DNA from: Myxococcales bacterium | GTDB taxonomy: Bacteria > Myxococcota_A > Polyangia > Polyangiales > Polyangiaceae | Length of the DNA stretch: 64,000 nucleotides | Assembly: GCA_043747615.1 (NCBI GenBank) | Contig: JAYTOU010000049.1 | Coordinates: 1-64,000, forward strand | Direction of reading: 5' to 3' | In this document: positions 47,701 through 55,838 of the stretch, one piece after another | How the letters are laid out: the number at the start of each line of letters is the position of its first letter | How positions within the stretch are numbered: position 1 is the stretch's first letter | Program-made: the position numbers and the translations under genes | Notes under the pieces: generated by a model | What the model was told of the DNA's origin: nothing | The model's input: only the letters and a program-made list of their open reading frames with translations | Databases searched by the model: none

Positions 47701-47948
47701 TGGTTCACTCCCTCGAACGTAGACGTGTCGAGGTTACCGAACGCGTACCCCTTCGGATCGGAGACGTGGCAGCCGGCGCCCGTGTTGGTTCGCACGCACG
47801 ACGTCGTCAGAATCGGCGAGATCGTGCGATCGAAATAGGTGGTGTCTTTCGGTTCCTTGCTCGAGCAACCACCAATCGCCGATGGCACAATCGCGAGTGC
47901 GACGAACGTAGAAGCTGCGAGAGAAGCCCGGACGGATGTAAAGCGCAT
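44742..47948 (-). CDS. Multiheme c-type cytochrome lipoprotein: three N-terminal cytochrome c-like repeats, beta-propeller and HzsA-like C-terminal region
   Basis: Lipobox IGGC; CVRTNTGAGCH, CSASNCH, CMMLQCH, CGNCH; PD40-like PVVSWDG, DPAFSP, EPSFMSDG; LGQVPLGADGS. Confidence 0.75.
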   Translation of the reverse strand: MRFTSVRASLAASTFVALAIVPSAIGGCSSKEPKDTTYFDRTISPILTTSCVRTNTGAGCHVSDPKGYAFGNLDTSTFEGVNHRRDLLLNYGPYGQPAFLVKNVPGFQVEVQSFDGNKVTITTDIKHVGGPILDPTASGYQTLRRWIENGATANNTGIPPLKLERRPCSTFVPSAVGFDPTKDPTRPDFQMFVSGVNPVIHDTCSASNCHGTASNDLYLTCGDTPEMTRWNYFAASDYLSQTPEQSEIVRRPLSPAQGGSFHEGGVIFTSAADPQYLGILSWVKAHGPPDFGAIEPNFAFFAHKVQPVLVKKGCMMLQCHSAAMFHDYRLRGGAGGSFSLSATRRNYQLSLAQLSLESEDVNASRMVRKNLFRPELGGEGITHRGGPLLEDFNGSAPAPMIDAGPEGSAEGGTPPPAPGAGSNATGALCDAKAYNYDTDNLDIIPAYCVIREWHKRERIGKTLAPLSAIIYVKRVIPSGPDRVQDFDVYAPGADLRIAEATLTAAGSVTLGADASATAGCGLDPTTADIRRPVVSWDGKTVAFAARASAAEPLQIYQMNADGKQCAKHVKINEGPPSVNGILVHNFDPAFSPPDDGGGVHLVFASTRGNLATAPYDYAGPQRTPADPSKPNANLYIHEPDPAAPGQNRIRQGTFLLNTEREPSFMSDGRMIFTAEKRSPGFYQLALRRMNVDGGDYHPLFAQRSSIGYHEASHAVELADKNFAAIFSDPGASHGGGTLGVFNRSLGIDFGSTNAADYLVDASVLDPASKYSVEPAFFLHSLRFPDPNSSGHPMQATMGVYTSPAALPGERMLVSFGVASDAATFGGDYDLYELDPATGLKTKILGDAGKAEVDAVAVYARASRGVFKSTLDEPNGHTTVFDGKTEADINYLDVPVLASLLFQNTPTGRPIEALDSIDLYEDLPPTSDVTSYAAGGASVVKDEFGQVYVRKRRLGQVPLGADGSAHVQVPGGLPIFFKMPDTPQSMMNKLPRVQRESFTFAPGEYAHQSFKRDFFSGLCGNCHGSISGRPLDIAVQPDILTQASDTLSRGSQVINLNGPPSGRGMVEGP

Positions 47949-47969
47949 GCAGCCCGATTGTACCCTGCT

Positions 47970-48887
47970 TTACAGCCTGCGGATCGCGATGAGCGCTTGA
48001 TCCCGCACGAGCGTGTTCTTGTCGGTCTGGGCAATGCCTTCCAGCGTGGCGCGGGCCGATGCGTCCTTGAACGTGCCGAGCGCGTGGCAAGCCGCGAGGC
48101 GAACTTCGTCGTCGGGATCGCTCTTGGCGAGCATGAGGACGCTGGCGACGCTGTCCTTAGCGCCGAGCCCGTCGAGAACTTCGACCGCCTTGCGACGCAC
48201 TTTTTGATCGCCGTCCGCCGCGAGCTTGGCCACGCTCGCCACGTCGGCGAACGTATTGATTCGACCCGCGGAGCGCAGAGCGGCGAGCTTCACGCTTCCG
48301 TCGCCGTCACTGAGCGCTTTGCTGAGCGCACCCTTGCCGTCGTCGTTCAAGCGGCCGAGCGCCGAGGCTGCAGCTGCCCGCACGCTGGCATCGGCGTCCG
48401 TGGAGATGGCGAGAGCGCACGCGTCGACACCGGGGGCGATGAGGAACTCACCGAGCGCATACGCCGCATACGCGCGACGCGTGGGATTCGGGTCGCTCTT
48501 GAGCGCGTTCACCGTCGCCTCGTAGACTTCACCCGCGCCGAAAACACCGAAAATCCGGCGGCGAAGCCACCATGCCGCGATCTCGCGGGTGTGCGTGTCG
48601 CGGTCGTAAAGCAGCGGTGCGACGGCCGGGATACACGCCAGGCACTCTACTTTCTCACCGTGCTCGAGCGCTTCCCAGATCGCCGACGGTGCGCCCGACG
48701 ACGCCACGCTGATGATTCGCTCGTTGGTGGAGAGGAACTCGATCTGGTCGGGAGAAATATTCCCGTAGACCTTCGCGGTTCCTCCGCCGCCGACTTCGCC
48801 GTCGCTTCGAGCCTCCGTTCCGCTCATGAGCGACAAGCAACACACGAAGACCCCGAGAACGCTGGCTCCAACTTTGATGGGTTTCAC
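47970..48887 (-). CDS. Exported HEAT-repeat protein with CxxC
   Basis: AGGAG RBS; signal-like N-terminus; ECLAC; repeated D.D..VR.AA..ALG. Confidence 0.85.
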   Translation of the reverse strand: MKPIKVGASVLGVFVCCLSLMSGTEARSDGEVGGGGTAKVYGNISPDQIEFLSTNERIISVASSGAPSAIWEALEHGEKVECLACIPAVAPLLYDRDTHTREIAAWWLRRRIFGVFGAGEVYEATVNALKSDPNPTRRAYAAYALGEFLIAPGVDACALAISTDADASVRAAAASALGRLNDDGKGALSKALSDGDGSVKLAALRSAGRINTFADVASVAKLAADGDQKVRRKAVEVLDGLGAKDSVASVLMLAKSDPDDEVRLAACHALGTFKDASARATLEGIAQTDKNTLVRDQALIAIRRL

Positions 48888-48899
48888 TTTTCGTTCTCC

Positions 48900-51197
48900 T
48901 TAGTATTTCTTGCCGGGGCCAACTGCATCCGAACCCGCTTGGAGCGGCACGAACCCGGTGTTCTGGCGCGCGTAATATTGACCACCGAGGTCCATCGAGA
49001 GAATCAGCATCTTGCGCTCTTCGGGAGTGAGGGTGACGCCCTTGTCTTCGGGGTGCATCGGCGTGTTCCAGGCCTTCGTGCCGTCCGCTGCGGTGAGGTT
49101 GATCTTTTCGATCAGCTTCGATTGACGGGCCGAGCCGGGGACGCCCCACATGGTCGGCGCGGGGCCGGTGACGGTGACCTTCCCCATCTCCATCGCCGAC
49201 GCGTAGAAGATCGAGACGTACGACGCCGCCCACGTCTTGACCTGACGATCGTAGTAAACGGTGACCGGCGTGTCGCTCAGATCGAGGGTCGGAATTTTGT
49301 AGGTCGTGGATGCACCCGTTGCCGGGTCGGCGCGCGTCACCGAGTAGTACGTGGTCGTCGATGCGTTGTGGCAGCTCGCGCACTTCGCGGTGAGCACCGA
49401 TTGCATGAACGGCTTGGCAACGTCGCTCTTGTCCCAGGGAACTTCCTGGCGATCCTTGATGGGCTGAATGAAGGCCTGAGCCTGCGCCTGCTCGGCCTTT
49501 GTCGGGTTCTGACCGAAGCGCGGAACGCCTTGTCCCGTGCGGCTTTCGTGACAACCGACGCAGCGACGATCCTCACCAGGCATGCCTTGCATCCACAAGC
49601 CTTGCGAGCGGATCGACATGCCGAACTTGTCGATCGGCTGGAGGTGAACGGGGACGTACGCGGGGATGTTCGCGAGCCAGCTTCCGTCTTGGTAGACGGG
49701 AGCCTCGCCGAGGACGGCCGCACCTTCGTGCATCGTGAGGCCGAACATCGTGACGCCCTTCGCGGCTTCGCTGGAGAAGCCTTCGATGATGCGGACGGCG
49801 ACGGCACCCTTGAGAGACTCACCGAGGTTCGTGTCCTTGAACTGCCCGCCGCTCACGGTGTCTTTCAAGCTGGTCTGGGTCACGTCGACGGAGCCGATGC
49901 GAACGGGGAGCGTGGAGTCCTGCATGTGCTGCACGTCGCCGATGACCGGCGGCTCCGCGCGGGGCGCAACGGCCAATGCACCGAGGTCCCACATGGCGCG
50001 ATCGTTGTAAATCAACTGGTTTTTCCCGGTCGCTACATCGAAAACGTAGATGCCAAAGTCGGGCGGCGTGATCGACTGCTCGGAGAGATCGTTCACCGGA
50101 CCGTCTGCCCACGAGACGAGGAGGCGTCCGTCGGGTAGAGCGCTCGGCTCGCGGTAGCGACCGACGGGCGAAGGGCCGTTACCCGTGGGAACGTTCGGCG
50201 TCAGAATCGTGAACTGGGTGTTTTCCTCGTCGAGACAGGCGTGGCCCGCGTGGTTTGCGTTCTTGTCCATGCACACGGGATCGGCTGCGTTGCGCGAGTC
50301 GATCTTGATGAGGGCGCCAGCGTGGATGGTTCGATTGCGCGTGGTGGCGATGCCGACCATCACGTTGGGCTCGATTTCCTTCAAGCTGAAGAGCGAGTTC
50401 GCGGGCTTGCCGTGCTGGCCGCCCACCGCGAGCATGTTCGTGCCGTCCGGGTTCGCCGTGAAAATTTTGACGTCGTTGACGGGGCCAAGGTGCTCCCAGC
50501 GGGAATAGCCGATTTTGCCGTCCGCGCGCATGAAGGGGGCGACGGTGTGCGAGAGGTTTTGCGAGAAGAGATGGCGATCGGCGTCGCCGCCGTCGACGGA
50601 GATCGTTGCGAGCTGGGTGACCACGCGTCCGTGCTCGTACTCGTCTGCGCGCGTTCCCATCTCCGTGTACATCTGGTTCGTTGCGAAGCAGATTTTCCCG
50701 CCGGGGATGTAGATCGGGTTGATGTCGTCTTGATCGCCCGCGGTCTTCTGGTGCATCTCGTATTTCCCGTCGCCGCCGGGAGCAAGCTGCACGGTGTAGA
50801 TGTGGTAGTGATCGGTGCCGTCTTTCTTCATCGAGAAAACAGCCTGCTGCGCGTCGAATGACACGTCCGTGCCGTTGAAGTCGGCGAGGGGAAAGTCCTT
50901 CGTCAGGTTGTGCAGGGTGCCGTCGGGGCGGGCGGGAGCGAGAAGGTTCAAGCTGCCGCCCGGCACGTAACGGTCGTAGTCGATGACTTGACCGTTGCCG
51001 CCCGAGACGTCGATCGACACGGCGCCCTTGTCGTCGACGGTGGTGTGGGCGCGCTTGATGAAGATGATCGAGCTCACTCCGACGTCGGTGTTCTCGCCGG
51101 TCTTGTCGCTGCAGCCGGCGACGGTGAACGCCGGCACCATGACCGCCGCGAGGGCCCCTACGGTGAGTGCGAGTGCTGTAAAGGACTTCCCGATCAT
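48900..51197 (-). CDS. Hydrazine synthase alpha subunit (HzsA)-related diheme lipoprotein
   Basis: Lipobox VAGC; propeller repeats; VRIIEG...LGEAPV..DGS....P...P...Q.ID..GM....WM..MPGE.R.CVGCHE; second CASCH. Confidence 0.8.
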   Translation of the reverse strand: MIGKSFTALALTVGALAAVMVPAFTVAGCSDKTGENTDVGVSSIIFIKRAHTTVDDKGAVSIDVSGGNGQVIDYDRYVPGGSLNLLAPARPDGTLHNLTKDFPLADFNGTDVSFDAQQAVFSMKKDGTDHYHIYTVQLAPGGDGKYEMHQKTAGDQDDINPIYIPGGKICFATNQMYTEMGTRADEYEHGRVVTQLATISVDGGDADRHLFSQNLSHTVAPFMRADGKIGYSRWEHLGPVNDVKIFTANPDGTNMLAVGGQHGKPANSLFSLKEIEPNVMVGIATTRNRTIHAGALIKIDSRNAADPVCMDKNANHAGHACLDEENTQFTILTPNVPTGNGPSPVGRYREPSALPDGRLLVSWADGPVNDLSEQSITPPDFGIYVFDVATGKNQLIYNDRAMWDLGALAVAPRAEPPVIGDVQHMQDSTLPVRIGSVDVTQTSLKDTVSGGQFKDTNLGESLKGAVAVRIIEGFSSEAAKGVTMFGLTMHEGAAVLGEAPVYQDGSWLANIPAYVPVHLQPIDKFGMSIRSQGLWMQGMPGEDRRCVGCHESRTGQGVPRFGQNPTKAEQAQAQAFIQPIKDRQEVPWDKSDVAKPFMQSVLTAKCASCHNASTTTYYSVTRADPATGASTTYKIPTLDLSDTPVTVYYDRQVKTWAASYVSIFYASAMEMGKVTVTGPAPTMWGVPGSARQSKLIEKINLTAADGTKAWNTPMHPEDKGVTLTPEERKMLILSMDLGGQYYARQNTGFVPLQAGSDAVGPGKKY

Positions 51198-51240
51198 CGC
51201 TGCCTCCCAAAGACGGGACCTTTCCCGCGTCAGGAGATAA

Positions 51241-51256
51241 AGCACGCAGCGCGCCA
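51241..51256 (-). promoter_or_regulatory. Putative sigma54 promoter of the HzsA-like operon
   Basis: TGGCGCG-CTGC-GTGCT with GG-N10-GC spacing, about 45 nt upstream of ATG 51197 with GGAGG RBS. Confidence 0.6.
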
Positions 51257-51388
51257 AGCGCGAATCGGCCTATTTTGACCGACGTTTCGCCTCGTAACGG
51301 GGGGGTGTCCGCCCGAATCCGGGGGCGCATGGCCCCGCGCCTGCTTGCTTGGCCCTAATAGGTGGAGCGCCGGTACGATGTAAGTGAC

Positions 51389-52519
51389 ATGCGTTTTCCT
51401 CTCTTCAATCTGATTTTCTTAGTCCTCGCCGGAGGGTGCGGCGCGCCGCAAACGACGACGAGCGCTCCCGCTGCGCAGCCCAAACCGAAAGGCGCGCCGT
51501 TCCTCGTTATGCAAGTCTCCGCGGGTCGCGAGCATGCGTGTGCATGCTCCAAGGATGGAAATGTTTTTTGCTGGGGCGCCAACGGTGCCGGTCAGCTCGG
51601 CGACGGAACGATGACGAGTCGCGCGGTGCCCACGCAGGTCGCTGGGCTGACCGGCGTCACCCAAGTGGCCGTAGGTGATGCGCACTCGTGCGCGCGACTG
51701 GAGAACGGAAGTATTCGCTGCTGGGGTGACAACACGCACGGCCAGCTCGGCGACGGCGGCACGAAGAACGCGACGTCACCCGTCGCGGTGACGGACCTCG
51801 CCAATGTTCTCGAGGTGGCCCTCGGAGGCAACCAGACCTGCGCGCGAAAAGGAAATGGCTTCGTCGTCTGTTGGGGAGAGACCCTCGCCGGCGGGACGTT
51901 GAAAGAAGCGACGCCAGTCTTCGGAATGACCGAGGCTTCGGAGATCGCCGTCGGCGCGCTTCACGCTTGTGCACGCATCGCGAACACGTCCGTTCGGTGC
52001 TGGGGCGCGAACAATTTCCGTCAGCTCGGCGTACCGCGCGCCGCGGGGCGTGGGCTTCCCGTGAGTGTGCCCGAGCTCACTAAACCCGTGCAAATCAGCC
52101 TCGGACGCGATCATAGTTGCGCGCGCGAAGAGAGCGGAGTCATGCGCTGCTGGGGGGGCGGGACGAGCTGCGTGCCCGGGGAGTGGACGCAAGGCCGCGT
52201 TCTCGCGGTGAGGCCCGCTGCCATTGTTGGCCTCGAGATGACCACATGGATCGCGGCCGGTGGTGATCAGGCCTGCGCGATCGAGAAGGACGCGACCGTC
52301 GCGTGCGCGCACTCGAAGCCCGGCGGTGGCGACGATCGAAGCTGCGTCTCCGAACGCGTACCGGGCCTCGAAAAAGTGGTCAGTCTCACGCTCGGGGACG
52401 GCTTTGGCTGCGCCCGCGATGAGAGCGACGCCGTGTGGTGCTGGGGGAAAAATACGAGCGGTCAGCTTGGCGACGGCACGACCGCGGACCATGCGAAGCC
52501 GACCCGCGTCACGCGCTGA
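51389..52519 (+). CDS. RCC1/BLIP-II repeat lipoprotein
   Basis: Lipobox AGGC; repeated H.CA....G.V.CWG.N..GQLGDG. Confidence 0.9.
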   Translation: MRFPLFNLIFLVLAGGCGAPQTTTSAPAAQPKPKGAPFLVMQVSAGREHACACSKDGNVFCWGANGAGQLGDGTMTSRAVPTQVAGLTGVTQVAVGDAHSCARLENGSIRCWGDNTHGQLGDGGTKNATSPVAVTDLANVLEVALGGNQTCARKGNGFVVCWGETLAGGTLKEATPVFGMTEASEIAVGALHACARIANTSVRCWGANNFRQLGVPRAAGRGLPVSVPELTKPVQISLGRDHSCAREESGVMRCWGGGTSCVPGEWTQGRVLAVRPAAIVGLEMTTWIAAGGDQACAIEKDATVACAHSKPGGGDDRSCVSERVPGLEKVVSLTLGDGFGCARDESDAVWCWGKNTSGQLGDGTTADHAKPTRVTR

Positions 52520-52540
52520 CCGCCACACCGCGTAGGTCGG

Positions 52541-52960
52541 CTAAGGTAGCGAGCGGGGATCGAACGCGTCGGGCAAGAGGGCGGCGAGCGTGGTGTCGCG
52601 GCGAGAATCTTTTCCACCGTGCTCGCCCACCAAGACGATCGCCATGTCGCGCGCGAACTCGACGAGCACTTGCCGGCATATGCCGCATGGCGATCCGGCG
52701 CTCGCCGATCCGGTAACCACGGCGCACGCAACAGGCTCTTTTTCGCCTGCGGCGACCATGTGTCCGATGGCGTTCCGCTCTGCGCAGATCGCGCCGCCGT
52801 ACGAAGCGTTTTCGAAATTACAACCCGAGAAAATCTTCCCGCTCTTCGTGGCGATCGCCGCCCCGACTCGGTAGTTCGAATAGGGCGCGTAGGCGTTTGC
52901 ACGCACTCGTTTGGCCTCGGTAATGAGGGCCTGGACGAGTGTTTCGTCGACCGCGCTCAT
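52541..52960 (-). CDS. cdd: Cytidine deaminase (homotetrameric type)
   Basis: AYAPYS.YRVGAA, GCNFENASY, CAE, PCGICRQ. Confidence 0.95.
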   Translation of the reverse strand: MSAVDETLVQALITEAKRVRANAYAPYSNYRVGAAIATKSGKIFSGCNFENASYGGAICAERNAIGHMVAAGEKEPVACAVVTGSASAGSPCGICRQVLVEFARDMAIVLVGEHGGKDSRRDTTLAALLPDAFDPRSLP

Positions 52961-53787
52961 CGCTTCCCCGCTGCGGAAATCCAACCCTTGAGAAGCGTTA
53001 GGAGATCGTCTCGCTTCGCGCGCGCCGTCTCTTCCACCTCTTTGTGATCGAGGAGCCCGGTGCCGATGCCCGCCGCGAGATTGGTGATGCAGCTCAGGGC
53101 GCCGACGGCGACGCCCATGTGGCGGAGCGCGATGACCTCGAGCACCGTGCTCATGCCGACCGCTTGCGCGCCGAGCAGCCGGAACATGCGTACCTCTGCG
53201 GGCGTCTCGTACGTCGGACCGAGCAGCCCCGCGTATACGCCTTCGCGAAGGGGAATCTTGGCTGCATTGGCGACTTCATGGAGCGCCTCGCGCAGCGCGG
53301 GATCGTACGCGCGGCTCATGTCCGTGAAGCGCGCGCCGAGCTGCGGATCGTTCGGTCCCAGGAGCGGCGTCGTTCCGGTGAGATTCAGGTGATCGGAGAT
53401 CACCATCAGATCGCCAGGTGCCCAACTCGCATCGATCCCGCCCGCCGCGTTCGTGAGGAGCACCGAGCGCACGCCGAGACGCGCCATCGTGCGCACCCCG
53501 TGAACGACGGACTCGACCGAGTGTCCTTCGTAGAGGTGGATGCGACCCTGCATGCACGCGACGGGAACACCGTTGACCCGACCGAAACAGAAATTCCCCG
53601 CATGGCCCACGACGCCCGAGGTCGGAAGATGGGGGAGCTCGGCATACGGAACTTTGACCAGCTCATCGAGGGTGTCGCCAAACGCGCCGAGCCCGCTCCC
53701 GAGCACCACCCCAACCGCTGGTGCAAGGCTTGTTTTCGTGCGGATCGCAGCGACGGTCTCGTCGATGCGGTGGAGGAGAGTGGGCAT
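52957..53787 (-). CDS. punA: Purine-nucleoside phosphorylase (trimeric type)
   Basis: VLGSGLG, GHAG, QGRIHLYEG, TNAAGG, GPTYETPAE, VGMST. Confidence 0.93.
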   Translation of the reverse strand: MPTLLHRIDETVAAIRTKTSLAPAVGVVLGSGLGAFGDTLDELVKVPYAELPHLPTSGVVGHAGNFCFGRVNGVPVACMQGRIHLYEGHSVESVVHGVRTMARLGVRSVLLTNAAGGIDASWAPGDLMVISDHLNLTGTTPLLGPNDPQLGARFTDMSRAYDPALREALHEVANAAKIPLREGVYAGLLGPTYETPAEVRMFRLLGAQAVGMSTVLEVIALRHMGVAVGALSCITNLAAGIGTGLLDHKEVEETARAKRDDLLTLLKGWISAAGKR

Positions 53788-53823
53788 GGGGGCGGGCAGC
53801 CTATCACGCGATCGCGTGACGCT

Positions 53824-54255
53824 TCACGCAGCGAGCTGGGAGGTGCAGGCCCTGCAGCGCGTGGCCTTGATGGGCAGCGTTTCGAGGCAGAACGGGCACT
53901 CCTTCGTGACCGGATCCTTCACTGCCGGCTTGCTCATTCGAGACTCCGCTGCCTTGATGACCTTCGAGACGATCAGAAAAAGGACCAGAGCAACGATCAC
54001 GAAATCGAGGACCGCGCCCAGAAAATCACCGTACTTCAGGATCACGTTGTCCTTGGGATCGGCGGCGTGGCGGAGAACGATGCCGCTCGCCCGCCAGTCA
54101 CCGCTCGGCATCACCAGGGCAACGAGCGGCATGATGAAATCGGCCACGAGCGACGAAACGATTTTTCCGAACGACGCGCCAATCACCACCCCGACAGCGA
54201 GGTCCACCACGTTTCCCTTGAACGCGAACGACTTGAAATCTTCGGCTATGGTCAT
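53824..54255 (-). CDS. mscL: Large-conductance mechanosensitive channel with C-terminal zinc ribbon
   Basis: FKSFAFKGNVVDLAVGVVIGASF; C-terminal CPFC...CRAC. Confidence 0.95.
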   Translation of the reverse strand: MTIAEDFKSFAFKGNVVDLAVGVVIGASFGKIVSSLVADFIMPLVALVMPSGDWRASGIVLRHAADPKDNVILKYGDFLGAVLDFVIVALVLFLIVSKVIKAAESRMSKPAVKDPVTKECPFCLETLPIKATRCRACTSQLAA

Positions 54256-55286
54256 TGGGGAACCTTTTCGGCGGGAGGAGGAGGAGGAGGCGGCGGGAGG
54301 ATCGTCTGTACGGGCGGCGCGCTGCGAGTTTCCTCGGCAGCCGGCGCGCAGGGCGGAGAAGGCGTTACCTCAGGACAAGGGCAGGTCTTCGCGGGCGTGT
54401 CGATGGCGTCGCTGAACGCGTAGATGAGGCTCACGCTCGTCGTCGTGTCGAGGGTCTCTTTCCCGGGAAGCGGAGCGTGATCGTAGCGCGCTCCAAAGCC
54501 GACGCCGAGCGCGAGGCCGCCTCCGATTTTCGCGGCGAAGAGAGCGTCGAAGTTGAGCCGGTGGTGCTCGCTGTCGACTACGCTCTGCAGGTACTCGAGC
54601 CCCGTCGACAACGTGACTTCCTTGTTGAACGCGTGACGATACCCTGCAAAAAGGCGGGCAGAATGGTCTGTCGCGGCCTTCGCAAGAACGACCGGCTGAC
54701 CCGACGTATCGAGCGTGGGGTTGCCCATCGCGTCGAGCACCGCGCGCGCGCTGTTGCGACGAATGTCGTACTGGAAGTCGTAGCCAGCCTCGCCCCAGAG
54801 CGCGTTGTCCGACTCCTTCAGGAACAAATATTTGAAACCGGGATCGATGTTCAGACGAAAATCGAGCCCTTGAAATCGATCGTGCCGACCCGTGAACGCC
54901 AGGAACACGCTGGCTCGCTCGGCGAGGTAGCGATCGTAGCGAAGACGGCCTTGGATGTTCTCCGCCGTGACCTGGATCGATTTGCCCGCGGGGCCGCCTT
55001 GCCCGTAGTTGGCGAGGAGAGAGGCTCCGAACCCATTGCCGTTGAAGCGGGTGTCGAAGGCTCCGTTCGCGGTCATGGCGAGGAGGCGCGAGTTGCCGGT
55101 GGTGAGAAGCCCGCCGGCAGCGAGTGACGCGTTCGTCCCGTCGATCTTCTTCTCATTCTTGGGCGCGTCGCCCGGCGCTTTCGGCGCTTCGGCGAGGGCC
55201 TTTGCTTCGGCCGGCGTCTCGGCGTTGGCCGCCCTTGCCAGGGTGAGAATAGAGATCGCGAGGAGGGAGAGGGTGCGCCTGATCAC
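54252..55286 (-). CDS. DUF481-family outer-membrane beta-barrel protein
   Basis: Signal peptide; TTGNS, RYDRYL, DRFQGLD; alternating beta-strand pattern; Pro-rich tail. Confidence 0.8.
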   Translation of the reverse strand: MIRRTLSLLAISILTLARAANAETPAEAKALAEAPKAPGDAPKNEKKIDGTNASLAAGGLLTTGNSRLLAMTANGAFDTRFNGNGFGASLLANYGQGGPAGKSIQVTAENIQGRLRYDRYLAERASVFLAFTGRHDRFQGLDFRLNIDPGFKYLFLKESDNALWGEAGYDFQYDIRRNSARAVLDAMGNPTLDTSGQPVVLAKAATDHSARLFAGYRHAFNKEVTLSTGLEYLQSVVDSEHHRLNFDALFAAKIGGGLALGVGFGARYDHAPLPGKETLDTTTSVSLIYAFSDAIDTPAKTCPCPEVTPSPPCAPAAEETRSAPPVQTILPPPPPPPPAEKVPQ

Positions 55287-55813
55287 GCCTTTCTGTACTT
55301 AGTCTTCAGCGCTTCGACAACCACTTTAGGGGCGTAGCGGCTCACGTCACCGTGGTGCTGCGCGATCTCCCGCACGAGCGACGCAGAGACGAAACCGTGC
55401 TCGGTTCGCGTGGGGAGAAAGATGGTGTCCACCTCTGGAAATAAGTCGGCGTTGGCATGAGCGATCTGCAGCTCGTACTCGAAGTCCGTGCCCACCCGGA
55501 GGCCGCGCACGATCACGCGAGCGCCGGTTTTTTTGCAGTAGTCGATGAGGAGCGTGTCGAACGAATCCACCCGGACGTTCGGCAAATGCGAAGAGACCTG
55601 CGTCACCAGGCTCACCCGCTCGTCGATTCCGAAGAGAGGATTTCGCGTGGGGTGCACACCGATGGCGACGATCACGTCGGTGAAGAGAGCGGACGCGCGC
55701 TCGATCAGATCGAGGTGCCCGTGCGTGACGGGATCGAAGCTTCCCGCGTAAACGGCGAGCCGAGCAACGGCCGGCCTCTCGACTTCGTCGCGTGATTGCG
55801 TATCACGCGACAC
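55283..55813 (-). CDS. coaD: Pantetheine-phosphate adenylyltransferase
   Basis: YAGSFDPVTHGHLD, RGLR...DFEYE, VSASLVREIA; start uncertain. Confidence 0.96.
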   Translation of the reverse strand: MSRDTQSRDEVERPAVARLAVYAGSFDPVTHGHLDLIERASALFTDVIVAIGVHPTRNPLFGIDERVSLVTQVSSHLPNVRVDSFDTLLIDYCKKTGARVIVRGLRVGTDFEYELQIAHANADLFPEVDTIFLPTRTEHGFVSASLVREIAQHHGDVSRYAPKVVVEALKTKYRKA

Positions 55814-55838
55814 AGGCTCTCCATGGTCGCCTAGCATT

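Noticed and set aside
47163..50138. 991-aa plus-strand ORF
   Set aside because: Antisense shadow of the motif-rich minus-strand operon; no recognisable motifs; common high-GC artefact
44742..51197. True anammox hydrazine synthase
   Set aside because: No hzsB/hzsC or HAO-like genes in the window, the Tyr ligand position is not conserved, and the context is myxobacterial
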